Source: Owenia fusiformis (lineage: Eukaryota). Taken from it: DNA of 64,000 bases. The notes below the pieces were generated by a model. The model was not told the origin of the DNA, searched no databases, and worked only from the letters and a program-made list of their open reading frames with translations. Every line of letters starts with the position of its first letter. The first letter of the stretch is position 1. Location of the stretch: assembly GCA_903813345.2 (NCBI GenBank), contig CAIIXF020000001.1, positions 23,126,001 through 23,190,000 of the forward strand. The letters run 5' to 3'. A program made the translations under genes and the position numbers. Below, piece by piece: positions 26,055-38,114 of the stretch.

Positions 26055-26581
26055 TTTATATGTCTGTTACCTTAGATAACATACTGAAGATGATTTGTTT
26101 GTCAAGTATCACACAAGCCCGGGGTGTTCACTGTATAGTAATTTTGGTGGGGGTCCAAGGCTGAACCCTCAGATATCAATATGTTCCCATACTAATCTGT
26201 CAAGTTTCAATGTGTTTTCATACCAACCAAATAACCCCAAAAGCCATACCAAATGCATAAATATAGGACCAATGCCATACCAAATGCCTTAGATTGATGG
26301 GCCGTAGGGAGAGGGGGTTTGGAGGGTTTGATTTTTGCCCCTAAATGGTCCAAATGAACGAAATTCACACAATTCACAGTCAAATCCTGGCTTTGCCACT
26401 GGTTTGTGAAACATCACAAAATCAAATTCAAAAATGACCAGTAATATCCGCACCTTGTGCACATGATATCCGCACCGCTTGTTTTGATAGCACAGTATGC
26501 ATAGAGTGATAGTTAGGACCCTGTTGTTTAACAGGAAGTTTTCTTCAAACAGGGAAGGAGATTAAAATTCATGCGTAACAG

Positions 26582-28068
26582 GACAACTCATCCCTAAGAC
26601 AACTCATCCCAAGACAACTCATCCCCAAGACATCTCATCCCAAGACAACTCATCCCAAGACATCTCATCCCAAGACATCTCATCCCAAGACAACTCATCC
26701 CAAGACATCTCATCCCAAGACAACTCATCCCAAAGATAACTCTTCCCAACTTGAAATACAACATAAATTTATACAATTAATTTCAACTTTTGAAATAAAT
26801 ATTTGAAACATTTTAGAAATTTTAGCAGTAAGCACACTACTGTGTTTGGCCATGGAATATATTTTTTATTTTGTAGTTAGTTAAGTCCAGTTTTAGTTGA
26901 TTTTTGTTGATTGATTGGGATAAAGATAAACATGTTCAAATTAATATATACTTTGATTATTAAATCAAAGATCATCAAAGGTGTCAGATTAGGATTAAAG
27001 CAATAAGAATGTATTATCCAGGGTAAATTATCAGAATAATTCCCCCAGATTAATTCAGTCTTTGTTTTAAAATATTTTGCTTAATTCCAATATGTCATAT
27101 TTGGCTTATTCTTAAATAAGATTTCCAATTTTAAACTTTCAGAATTATGATGATTGAATTTGGAAATTATGTCTTTGACTTTTATCTTCAATTCTATATT
27201 CTCAAATATATTGAGAAAAAGTAAAAGTAGAACATAACTTTAAAGTGCCATTTAGAAATGCTAAAATTATCAATATTTAGATTGAGTGTATAATCAAATA
27301 TCACTTTGTAATCGTAAAAATGAAAAAGGGATATATATATAATATAGAGGACTTATTAAATAATTTATCAATTATACTAGTGGGATGAGTTGTCTTGGGA
27401 TGAGATGTCTTGGGATGAGTTGTCTTTAAAGGGTTCCGATAAGCATCCCGTATAAAAACAATATGGCGGCTCCAGGCGAATCAACTGGATCAGTCCATTT
27501 TTAAGAAATAAGGGGAGTTCTGTAAAATCCAGTTTATTTAAATTGTATTTGAGATAAAGTAATCCGTTTATAATGATTTTGAAAACGTTATCCAAAGAGT
27601 GATTGCGTTCAACGAATACATGTACAACAGCCAATATAAATCCTTGTATTAGAACTGCTTTGTTTCATTTGTAGGATATTTCATATTCCAAGCTGTGTGC
27701 TATTACGTTATGGGGAAATTTAGATGCCAATTTTTCCTTATTATACACAAATAGAAGATCCTGAAACTTCACCCATAAATGTGAAATTGATTTGTCAAAA
27801 TAAAAATCACCCTTTTATAAATGTGTGACGATCTATTATATACTTATGCTATATAACAGTTAGAGGTGTTGACACAACGGCCTCGAACCTGTGAACCCTT
27901 GAGTATTATTCCGGGATCGGGCCTTTTATACTAAACGGGGAGCAACACCAGAAACGAGTGTTCGATTTGCTAAACGATATGCGTCACCCTTTAAGGGATG
28001 ACTTGTCTTGGGATGACTTGTCTTAGGGATGACTTGTCTTGGGATGAGTTGTCTTGGAATGAGTTGTC
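26582..28068. repeat. 15-bp repeat blocks in inverted orientation (foldback-like element)
   Basis: Forward block 26582-26750; reverse blocks 27381-27425 and 27995-28068. Confidence 0.7.
27430..27990. mobile_element. TTAA-flanked insertion (Kolobok-like) splitting the reverse 15-bp block
   Basis: TTAA|AGGGT ... ACCCT|TTAA, with the satellite resuming on both sides. Confidence 0.6.
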
Positions 28069-29334
28069 TAGAAACCAAATTCATGTACTCTAATCTAAGG
28101 ACCCTATTATTATTAAGGCTCTGAATAATTGTTATCTGAAATTGGCAAAGAAATGCAAATTTCATTATCATCAGATTTGCGCCTGTGTTAAACCAGAGGA
28201 ACTCCAATATTTACTACACATATCGTTAGTACCTCAGTGTAAATACTCACATCTGATTGGTCAATTAGTGGTCAACATTTTTGCCTGTACCCCACCTGTG
28301 CATTTTTTATGGGATATCTTATTGACCGTGTATGTTACTGTTCTACACTTGTGAATTATGGGGAAAATGACGTCATAATATTTACTGAAAAAATGGATGG
28401 AAAGGATGTGCGTTGTACCACAATCCGTGCGTGTTGTATTGAAAACCATTACTGTATACCAACAGCCCGACACAATGACTTTGTGATGTAAAAAGGCTTG
28501 TAATGAAAGATGTATGATAAGAGTAGAAGAGTAGGATAAGTATTATTGAAAATCATGCACATTTAATCAGGAAGACCAGGCAAGAAATAGCAACAGAATA
28601 CTAATCAAGTATATGCTTCATCAAGGAAAGCAAACTCAAAACCGCAAACACCCTAAAATCACAGCCCAAGTCAAACCTTCATGTACAAGTTGTAAGTCTA
28701 CATGATCTATGACCGAATTTCCAGAGAACTTAATTTGTTCCATCTATATATGATTATTAAAACCAAATGCTGTGAGCTCTATTATCAACAAAGTTTTTAC
28801 TAAAAATTTCTTCCGCTGCGCCCTCTTCTCACATTTTGCCATAGGAATGATTGGGAGAAATAAAAAGAGCAAATGGCTTATTATTTAACAGAGAATTGAA
28901 TATGTCAATATTACACACAATAGGATAGTTTCTAAATAGAAGAAAAACCAATGAAATCTAGTGCTGCCATCTTTTATTCAGCTTTTAATTTGAGCTAGAG
29001 TTCCATTCACTTACATGTTAAAATCTTGGAAAAGTTGCTTAATTTCATGATTTATCAAAGGGTGTTAGTTGAATCTGTATAAAACTTGAATGATATACCA
29101 CATGATGACCATGTTTATGTACATGTTGTAAATGTTGGTTGACATACAAATAATCCAAGGTTTTAAAGAATTTTAGCATTGCATCTTTGAACATTTGGCC
29201 CAAGTTGTTTTAAATTGTCATAGAAAATTATTCAAATTACATAACTGTGTAAATCAAATCTATTATAGGAGAAAACATTTCACTGAATTCAAATATGCCA
29301 TTTAAAAGAAGGCAAAGTAAGTCATTAGAGGTCA

Positions 29335-32065
29335 GCTATGAGAAATACAGACTGGGAAAATATATTCCAAAATGAGCCAGATACCAACATCATTACCTTG
29401 AACTTTACCTCCAAACTTAAAGAACTTTATTCAACTTTTATTCCAAACAAAGTAATTACAATTAAATCTAACGATAAATTCTGGTTTAATGATGACATTA
29501 GAACTCAAGTTGACAAAAAGAAGCATCTCTATAGAAAAATGAAAAATAACCCCACTCTTGAAAATATAAATAAATATAAAAACCATGCCAAAAAAGTTGC
29601 TAACTTAATAGAAAATGCAAAAACAAAATCTGAAAAACAAGCTATTGATTCCATTTCTAAATTTAAAAAAAATGATAAAAAATACTGGTCAGTTATTCGT
29701 AGACTCTGTGGCAAGAAAAGAACTTGCTCATCAATTCCTTCTATTTTTGATAATAATGGTAATTTACATATGAAGAATGTCGACAAAGCAAATGCCTTTC
29801 TTAATTTCTTTTCTGATAAAAACCACACCTACGATTTACCCAATTCCATTCCAAACTTCCCTGATAGAACTAACTCTTTTCTTATTTCAATTCAAACGGA
29901 CCGAGAAGAGGTCATGAAGTTAATTTTAGATTTGGACATTCATAAAGCTACTGGCCCCGACCTTATTTCTAATCACATGTTAAAACTCACAGCTCATACT
30001 CTAGCCCAACCACTATCCACACTCTTCAACATCATGTTATCCAAAGGTGTATTCCCATCTACGTGGAAACTAGCAAATGTATGTCCTATATTCAAGAAAA
30101 ACGATAAATGTAACATTAACAACTATAGACCAATAGCCCTCTTGAGTACTATTTCTAAATTACTTGAAAAGATCATTGCAAATCGAATAACAAAACATCT
30201 CCTTTCTAATGACCTCCTTTTCAAATACCAATCTGGCTTCCTCCCTGGCCACAGCACTCAATCTCAACTAGCAGCAATTGAACATTACCTACAAGACAAT
30301 ATAAATAACAAGAAATCTGTAAAAACTATCTTTTTAGACATTGCTTCTGCATTTGACCGTGTCCCCCCACACTTTACTATTACACAAACTAAAAGCTTAT
30401 GGCATAAGGGGCATGCTACTCAAACTACTCAAAAATTACTTACTAGATCGCAGAATAAAGGTTAACATATCTGGCATATCTTCTAACATATCCGACCCAC
30501 ACTTTATCAACTGTGGCGTTCCCCAAGGCTCAATCATTGGTCCCATATTGTTCCTAGTATATATAAATGACTTACCTGATAACCTAGACTCCAAATGTTT
30601 CATATATGCTGACGACACCTCAATATATTTCCCCTTTGACCCAAATAGCCCTAGTGACATTGATCAGACTGTTGCTCGTAATCTCCTTGCTATTGAAAAT
30701 TGGTCACTTACTTGGAAATTAACATTTAAACCTGAAAAAAGCTTTGAACTTATTTTCCACAGTTCCAGAACCAATAATGTAAATATAAATCACTCAAACC
30801 TTTTCAACCAAGTTATTCAGAGAGTACCAAGTCACAAACATCTGGGATATGTCTTTGACCAACTCCTATCAAATAAAGACCACATCTTAGGTCTTCGAAA
30901 TAAAATTACCAAACTCACAAATCCCCTTAAAGCCCTCAAATCTAAACTGACATCTTCTCACTTGGAAACACTTTTTAAGTCCTACATTCTCCCACACTTT
31001 GACAATGGATCACTTCTTTTTGACTCATCTTCCAAGTATTTACTTGGATATCTAAATAGTGCCTACTATCAATGTGCTCTTATCTGTTCAGGTTGTCTAC
31101 CAGGAACCAGCACAACTAAAGTTCTTAACATATTAAATTGGCCAAGCCTAGAAACTAGACGAAAACTCCAAATTAACAACTTCATGTTCAATGTTAGTAA
31201 AGGTACATCTCCACCATACATAAACGATATTTTTGATAAGTTTCGATGTGATACTCAAAGAGAACTACGACATACTCGCCCCTTTAGGCTACCCAACCAT
31301 GCCACTACTAAATACCTGAACTCCTGCATACCAAATGCAATCTCCCATTGGCTATCTGTACCAATGAATATTCAAACAAGTAAAACCCTCATTGCCTTTA
31401 AGAACAACAATCGCAAGCACCTTCTCAACCTTGACATAAACATAATCCCTACCTCAATGCTAAATATTTCTAGAAATGAAGAAACACTTATTAATAGGTT
31501 TAGGGTAGACCTGCTCTTCAGGGCTCAACTCTTTGCCCACAATTACACCTTCATCAGCTCTCCTAATTGTTCTTGTGGTCTACCCGAAACTCCAAAACAC
31601 TTCTTTTTTCACTGCCCTCTGAATGAAAATGCAAGAACCATCTTTTTCAATACTCTCTATACTGAAACTCCTTTGATCCCCACTAACCAATCCACACTTT
31701 TAGAATACCTAGCCTTTGGCAATCATAATTTTAGCAAGGATGAAAACACAAAAATCTTTACTCTGACTTCTGCCTTTATTAAGAAATGGCTTACCCCATA
31801 TTGAACAAGACTGAAGAAGACTATCTTAGAACCTATTGTACCCTGCCTTGTCTTGCAAATATAAATTACATTGTCCCTCTGCCCTGTATTTCCCCCAGTC
31901 CCAGCCCAGCTCAGACCCCCCCCCCTTCCACCCCTCTTCATCTTTTTCCCCGCTTGGCTAGAGTGCTTATAATGCCAAAATGGTGATTAGCACTTGAATA
32001 TGCTCTCTTGTATTTACTATATTACCCCATGTACATCTATTTTTTATAAATAAATAAATAAAAAA
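29335..32065 (+). mobile_element. 5'-truncated non-LTR retrotransposon (CR1/L2-group LINE) in GPLD1 intron 1
   Basis: RT motifs KATGPD, NYRPIALL, FLDIASAFDRV, GVPQGS, YADD; C-terminal CSCG...ET..H....CP; (AAAT)n/A tail; TSD AGAGGTCA at 29327-29334 and 32066-32073; endonuclease domain absent. Confidence 0.93.
29338..31804 (+). pseudogene. LINE ORF2 reverse transcriptase, split by one +1 frameshift near 30365
   Basis: ORFs 29338..30465 and 30341..31804 join as ...AFDRVPHTLLLHKL... if one C is removed from the C6 run at 30363-30368. Confidence 0.88.
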
Positions 32066-34058
32066 AGAGGTCAAATATGCAAATCTCTTAAAATCTTATG
32101 AAAAACGAGATTTAGCAAGATTTAAAAAGCTATATGGAAACTACATGTATACTGTTGGATTTTGATTTTCAAATTGCCTGCTGCAATGTCTGTATTGAAA
32201 CACTGCCAGCGTGGGAGTTTAAAACAGACTTTCAATATCTTAGCCTAAATGTTATTTGATTTTGTATGTACAATTGTACATGCACAGTAAGTTCCCTTTT
32301 CACTGGATCAGGAAAACATCCTCATAATGAAACTGAAACATGCAATTTATTTCCTTTATACATGTATACAACAAAGCAGTCTATTATTTCCTCATATTAC
32401 TCACAATTAAATCTCAAATTGTTTAAATATACCATTATTACCACATATCACTCCAATTGAAGCAATGTATATATACCTACATCAGGCCTGTCAACTTGAG
32501 AACATCTAAATTGAATGACTTACAAATGTTGAACACCTTCGTTCAAACACCTTGGTCCAAATCTGAACACCTGGGGGATAGGGATCAAAAAATCTGAATT
32601 AAATTTGAATTGTGTGACATATATGCAATCTGCGTGAAGATTCTGAACAAACTGTGTTTTCTTGATGCTTTAGCATTTGTTTTTTGATGTTCTTCTAGTT
32701 GCTTGACAATAATAAGGGAAAATGTGTATTTGCATGACATATTCTGTCACGCAAAAAAAACTGGCGGGACTTCAATTTATTCAGCAAATGCATGACAAAT
32801 ATGCAAATTGCAGGACAGTTGTTGCTACATGTACAGATGTATGCATATATGCATACTGTACATAAATATATCATACCATGCTTGGATCAAGTAAGTTCGA
32901 AAAAACTATAGTAAATGGACATGTATTTTGTATTGTATTTTGCATTGTATCTTTGAAAATATTTTGCATTTCCTGGCTTAAACTCCTGAATTAAAACTGT
33001 CAATCATACGGGTTGAGATTGTAGTTCATTGTCTTATTAGATCCGCATGTTATACCGAAACTCATTTTACTAGAAAGCATTACACTGACATACATGTATG
33101 TTGCACCAAAAGGCATGATAGTGAATACCATAATATAATACCAATGTGCATTGAAAAATTAGTATTGTTAGTAACTCAACTGTGATTTGGCATTGAGGGA
33201 GGCAGTGTTGACCAGGCAGGTAAATGTTTGAAGTTCACCGAAGTCATTTGTGTCACAATTATATAAATGGGTAACATTATCTATGTATTCCATTGAATTA
33301 TGTTTTCGAAGGGGAGGGGGTCCCACAAGCCACATTGTGTTTGTATAAAAATACTTGTATACTAGTAAGCATGTTCGGATCATTTATTCCAGGGCAATTT
33401 ATTTGTGTTGAATTTCTCTGGTGTACACATATATTACACAGTGTACACACCTCATAAGCTAATAGATAATAAAAAATATAATAATAATAAAAAATATTTT
33501 AAACGAAAGTGAAAGTAGGTGTGAAAATCAATTTACTCTTCAGACAATGGCTTAAATTATTACTTCAAACATTATTATATGTTCACCAGGCTTCTTCAAT
33601 TAATTTATTCTTACCAAAAGGTGGTAAATGTCTTCCCTCTGTCCAACATTATAAGCTTATTTATAAGGGCCACGTTCTTATTTCCGCTTTTTCATCCATT
33701 TTTAAAACTCCCACTGTTTACAACAACAACCAATCAGATAGGTTTATTTTTTACATCGGGCTGCGCATGCGTATTGGAGGAAGTGGATGATTCGACTGTG
33801 AATTTGGACCAACTTTTACAAGTTTTGCCAGGACTTAACCAGGAAATCACATTTCATTTGGTATGTTAGTAACGTTTTTGATCGTATTGGGTATGTAAGA
33901 ATCATGTGGAATTATTAGCATAAATGTCACAGTTTGAACGATAAATGGAAATATAACACTTCCGGACGCCTTGTGGACTTTCCTCTATAGATAAGATCTA
34001 AGATTCCCTATATTTTTAGAATATACCATTGACAGTGTTGACTGTGGGCCCATCAGAG

Positions 34059-35083
34059 CACATGCTATCTGTTGCAAGACTTACGCCTGCCACAACCGTC
34101 ACCATGTTAATCAGTGTTTTTTAAGTAGCGCAAGGATCCTGCCATGACCGTGATAGTGTTATCGTGTAAGCCTGGTATAACCGTGACAGGCTGGTATAAC
34201 CGTGACAATGCTGTATTCTTTTGCAAGGCCTGTCATGACCCTGGAAGTGTTATCGTGGAAGCCTGGCGCGACCGTAGCCTTTATTGTGGTTTATAAGCGA
34301 ATGTGAATATTAATGTATAGTAGTTATTTTGATTTTGACATGATTAAGGTAGTTAAACACCATGGTCATAGTATTAAACTGTTTAATTGTAATGAGGATC
34401 ACTTAAAATTGTTAAGGATATTCCTGGCATTAATGTCATACATATTTACTAGTCATTGCAATACATTATAACGGTCATAGTAGAACTAAGCCTAAATCTC
34501 TACATTACCACCCTCATACCTGGCCTTGCAATACTATATTACATTGTCACGGTCATACCAGGCTTTGCAATCCCATAATACATTGTCATGGTCATGCCAG
34601 GTTTTCAAATACACATTGTCATGGTCAATTATAGCAATCATAAATTTCTACATTACCACTCTCATACCCGAACTTGGAATATTATATCACATTGCCATTG
34701 CGGTCATACCAAGCCTTGCAATACTGTATTACATTGCCATGGTCATGCCAGGCTTTGCAATACACATTGTCACGGTTATAGCAGTCCTAATCGTAAATTT
34801 CTACATTACCACTCTCATACCTGAACTTGCAATACTATATTACATTGTCACAGTCATGCCAGGCCTTGCAGTACATTGTTACGGTCATACCAAGCCTTGC
34901 AGAACTATATTACATTGTCACGGTCATGGCAGGCATTGCAATATAATACAGCATTGTAGCGGTTATACCAGGCTTTCACGATAACATTACCACGGCCATG
35001 GCAGGATCCTTGCGCTACTTAAAAAACACTGAATAACATGGTGACGGTTACGCCAGGCGTTAGTCTTGCAACAGATAGGGTCT
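34059..35083. mobile_element. Foldback/MULE-like non-autonomous element
   Basis: TIRs over 110 bp (CTATCTGTTGCAAGACT..AAGTAGCGCAAGGATCCTGCCATG); internal repeats of about 40 bp; 9-bp direct repeat CCATCAGAG on both flanks; termini ragged. Confidence 0.7.
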
Positions 35084-35378
35084 CCATCAGAGAAGCATCA
35101 AAATATAAAAGGCCACAGATATGAAAGCTAAACTGTACAAAACAAACTAAAATATACAAAAGTTAGGACATGTATAAATGTTTCTATTTTTACATATACT
35201 GTTTCAATATGGTCCTTTAATTGCTTATTTTTTAAATTCAAAGTAGACTAGATTTTCTACTTCCAACCATTTTTTTTTTGTAAAAAAATGTTCACCACTG
35301 TATATTAGACTTCCCGTGTAAATATAGTAAATATTTACCACCCAAGTGGATATATTGAAAGTGAGGAAAATATAATAC

Positions 35379-35481
35379 CTATTTCTATATGCGTTGTGAT
35401 TCCACATTGTAGTGTTTCGGCAATTATAGCATAAGTTATCAGAACTTTAAATAATACGTCTGTGCTTTCTCTCATCTCCAT
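35379..35481 (-). CDS. GPLD1: GPLD1 coding exon 1 (signal peptide + CGITTHIEI)
   Basis: ATG at 35481; MEMRESTDVLFKVLITYAIIAETLQCGITTHIEI; donor ATAG|GTATT, phase 1. Confidence 0.9.
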
Positions 35482-35490
35482 TTTGCATGA

Positions 35491-35513
35491 TCATGTGACC
35501 TTGGTCATGTGAC
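35491..35513. promoter_or_regulatory. Tandem M-box/CLEAR-like E-boxes just upstream of the GPLD1 ATG
   Basis: TCATGTGAC at 35491-35499 and GTCATGTGAC at 35504-35513, 10-32 bp upstream of the start codon. Confidence 0.5.
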
Positions 35514-35635
35514 GTAAAGTTAGTCACACAGTTCATACCATTTCAGTATGAAAGGATTGGGCTACAATGCCTGGCGGATCTAGGGGTGGGCCCAGAAAAC
35601 ATAAATTGGGCCCAAAAAAATTTGGGCAAAAGAAG

Positions 35636-36085
35636 TAGTGTTGTCGCGATTAATCGATACATCGCGATATACATCGCCAAAGCTGATTCTGGCGATGCAT
35701 CGATGTCTGAAACAAAACATCGATGTTTTTGAAAAAAATTAATTTGCTAAAAATCACCCTTTCTTATCTTATTTTGACGCAAATCGCTTACCTTTCTCAT
35801 GTCTTATTTCATTTTCCAATGTTTTCTGATAAATATTTCACTTTAAAACTGCTTTAGCTAGTCGAAATGAACCATTAATCTAAAAAAATTACTTTACTTT
35901 CATTTCACCCTTACTAGAAGTTCCCGGATGTACCGGATGTTCGGTATTTTAGTGCATTAGCGTTCGGTATTTCAGTGCACTTTTCTCGGACTTTTTCTCG
36001 ATGTACATCGCGATGTGCATCGATGTTTACTACTGAATATTGCCGATGCATCGATGTACAATTATGGCACATCGCGACAACACTA
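35636..36085. mobile_element. hAT MITE nested in an older GGCGGATC-type MITE (about 35570-36306), just upstream of GPLD1
   Basis: TIR TAGTGTTGTCGCGAT; perfect 8-bp TSD AAAAGAAG. Confidence 0.88.
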
Positions 36086-36515
36086 AAAAGAAGGCCCCAA
36101 AAGTGGGTCATTTTGGTCATTACTGGGCCTTGTAAGGCCTTATTTTATAATTCAGGCCAAAATTTGAAGGCCGAGAAAGGGGCCTCAAAATTTCAAATTT
36201 GGGCCCACTTTCCGGTTTTAGGAGCCAAACATTTTTTCCGTGAAGATTTTTCTCTGAACTGAAATTTTGCCCCCCCCCCCCTTGTTGGTTCCCAGATCGG
36301 CCCCTGCAATGTGATGGAAACTTTATATTAGTCATGACCGGATATCTACAGTCAGTGGCAAACTGTAAGCAAACTATTTAAAGGCTTTGTATAAAAAACC
36401 TCTTACCTCATACCCTGGGTTTCCTCATTGAAAGCCCAACCTACCCATCTATGTGGGACATGATACAGTCATTGAAGGGTTCAATTTTAAAGATTTTTAA
36501 ATCTCAAAATAGCTA

Positions 36516-38114
36516 TTATTAGACTCCAGATTGAAAATCTGGAGTCTATTGTTTTTGCCTGTTTTCTTATTATTCCTCTTCTTCTTCTTCTTTCTTCCTC
36601 CTAACAGATTTTCTCTCCAACTATAACATCTTACTTAATCCAACCTACATGGTTGACTAGGGAATGTATCTGGCTTTCTGGGAAATTAGGTCAAATTTTT
36701 ATCTAGGTCATAGGTCAAGAACTAGGTCAAATCTTGGATTTTCACTAATTCACCACTTTTCTCAGTCGTCTTTCAATATTTTCGCTCCGGGTTTTTTTCA
36801 TCATGTTCCTTGGAAAAAACGCTAATTCCGTAAGGCAAATCGTTTTTTGATTACTCTTACCGATTTTGAGATATTGCGTCCGAAAAGTAGGTCAGAACAT
36901 AAAGTTCTCCAAATTCAACATGTGAGTTATGAAATAAGTGTAGCATGATCTCAGGAATCCGAATCTGCAAACAAAATTTGAATCGGACTTCCGGTTCGGA
37001 AGTTATGGCGTTTTGAAAGCTCAAAAATCGCTAAATTTGGTACCTATGTTAAGTCAATGGGAAAAAAGACTTTTTCGAAGTGTAAAATACAAGATATAGA
37101 CTGAGTACAGCTAAACATAATGAATGCTTATAAAAGAAGGGGACCTCAAAAGCTACATAGCTTCAAAATTTGGACACCAAAATGCCTAGGTCAAAATCTA
37201 GGTCAAATTCATAGTTTTTCCTTATTTTTAAGTGCTAATAGTGTTAGCCTTTTGCCGTCAGAAAGTATTTTGACCCACTATTGAGATATGGTGTCCGAAA
37301 AGTAGGTCAAAATAAAAAGTTCTCCAAATTTAACATATGAGCTATGAATTAAGGGTAAATTTTATCCAGGAATCCGAATCTGCAAACCAAATTTCAATCC
37401 GACTTTCGGTTCGGAAGTTATGGCGTTTTGAAAGCTCAAAAATCGCTAAATTTGGTGCCCCATGTTATGTCAATGAGAAAAAAGATTTTTTTTGAAGTGT
37501 AAAATACCAGATATAAACTGAGTACAGCTTAACATTCTGAAAGCCTATAAAAGAAGGGGACCTCGAAGGCCATCTAGCTTTAAAATTTGGACACCAAAAT
37601 GCCTAGGTCAAAATCTAGGTCAAATTCATAGTTTTTCCTTGTTTTTGCGATTCTGACATTACACTTTAATGATTTGCTTCGAAATTTTGTATACAGGTAG
37701 CAAAGAGTGTGCTCATAGTGTTAGCCTCTGCCGTCAGAAAGTATTTTGCCCCACTTTTGAGATATGGTGTCCGAAAAGTAGGTCAAAATAAAAAGTTCTC
37801 CAAATTTAACGTATGAGTTATGAATTCAGGGTAGAATTTTCTAAGGAATCAGAATCTTTAAACCAAATTTCGATCCAACTTCTGATTAGATAGTTATAGC
37901 GGTTTGAAGTCTCGAAAAGTCGATATGATGATATCCCCATGTTAAGCCAATGGAGTCGAAGATAACATTCTTAAGGGTTGTCTAAATGTCTATATTCTAG
38001 CTGACTCAGCTTATTCTGAATGACTCAGCTTACAAGTATTTGGATGACTCAGCTTAAAAAAAGTCTGAAATCTGGAGTCTTAAATTGAACTTGTTCAATT
38101 TACATGTCTAGTTA
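36516..38114 (+). mobile_element. HINE-like family 2 with internal tandem repeats of roughly 410-480 bp
   Basis: 5' hairpin AGACTCCAGATT-GAA-AATCTGGAGTCT, (CTT)n, about 2.5 internal units, 3' ATCTGGAGTCT + AAATTGAAC-TT-GTTCAATTT hairpin; inverted end fragment at 13141-13182. Confidence 0.7.

Larger units (their letters stand above)
415..35481 (-). other. GPLD1: Gene model: phosphatidylinositol-glycan-specific phospholipase D, N-terminal catalytic region; gene continues beyond the left edge
   Basis: Eight GT-AG exons (35379-35481, 24159-24317, 23774-23871, 9797-9907, 9067-9176, 7640-7747, 6802-6829, 415-554) join in frame. The product is colinear with mammalian GPLD1 as recalled (CGxxTHxEI, HQDAFQAG, THWTPF, SHxxADVSWHSLG, WYVP, KSPFLV...FLGG). 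Confidence 0.95.

Noticed and set aside
28395-28430. DCGTTHI motif as candidate GPLD1 exon 1
   Set aside because: Spacing is one residue short of CGxxTH, with no donor site or signal peptide; the true exon is at 35379-35481.
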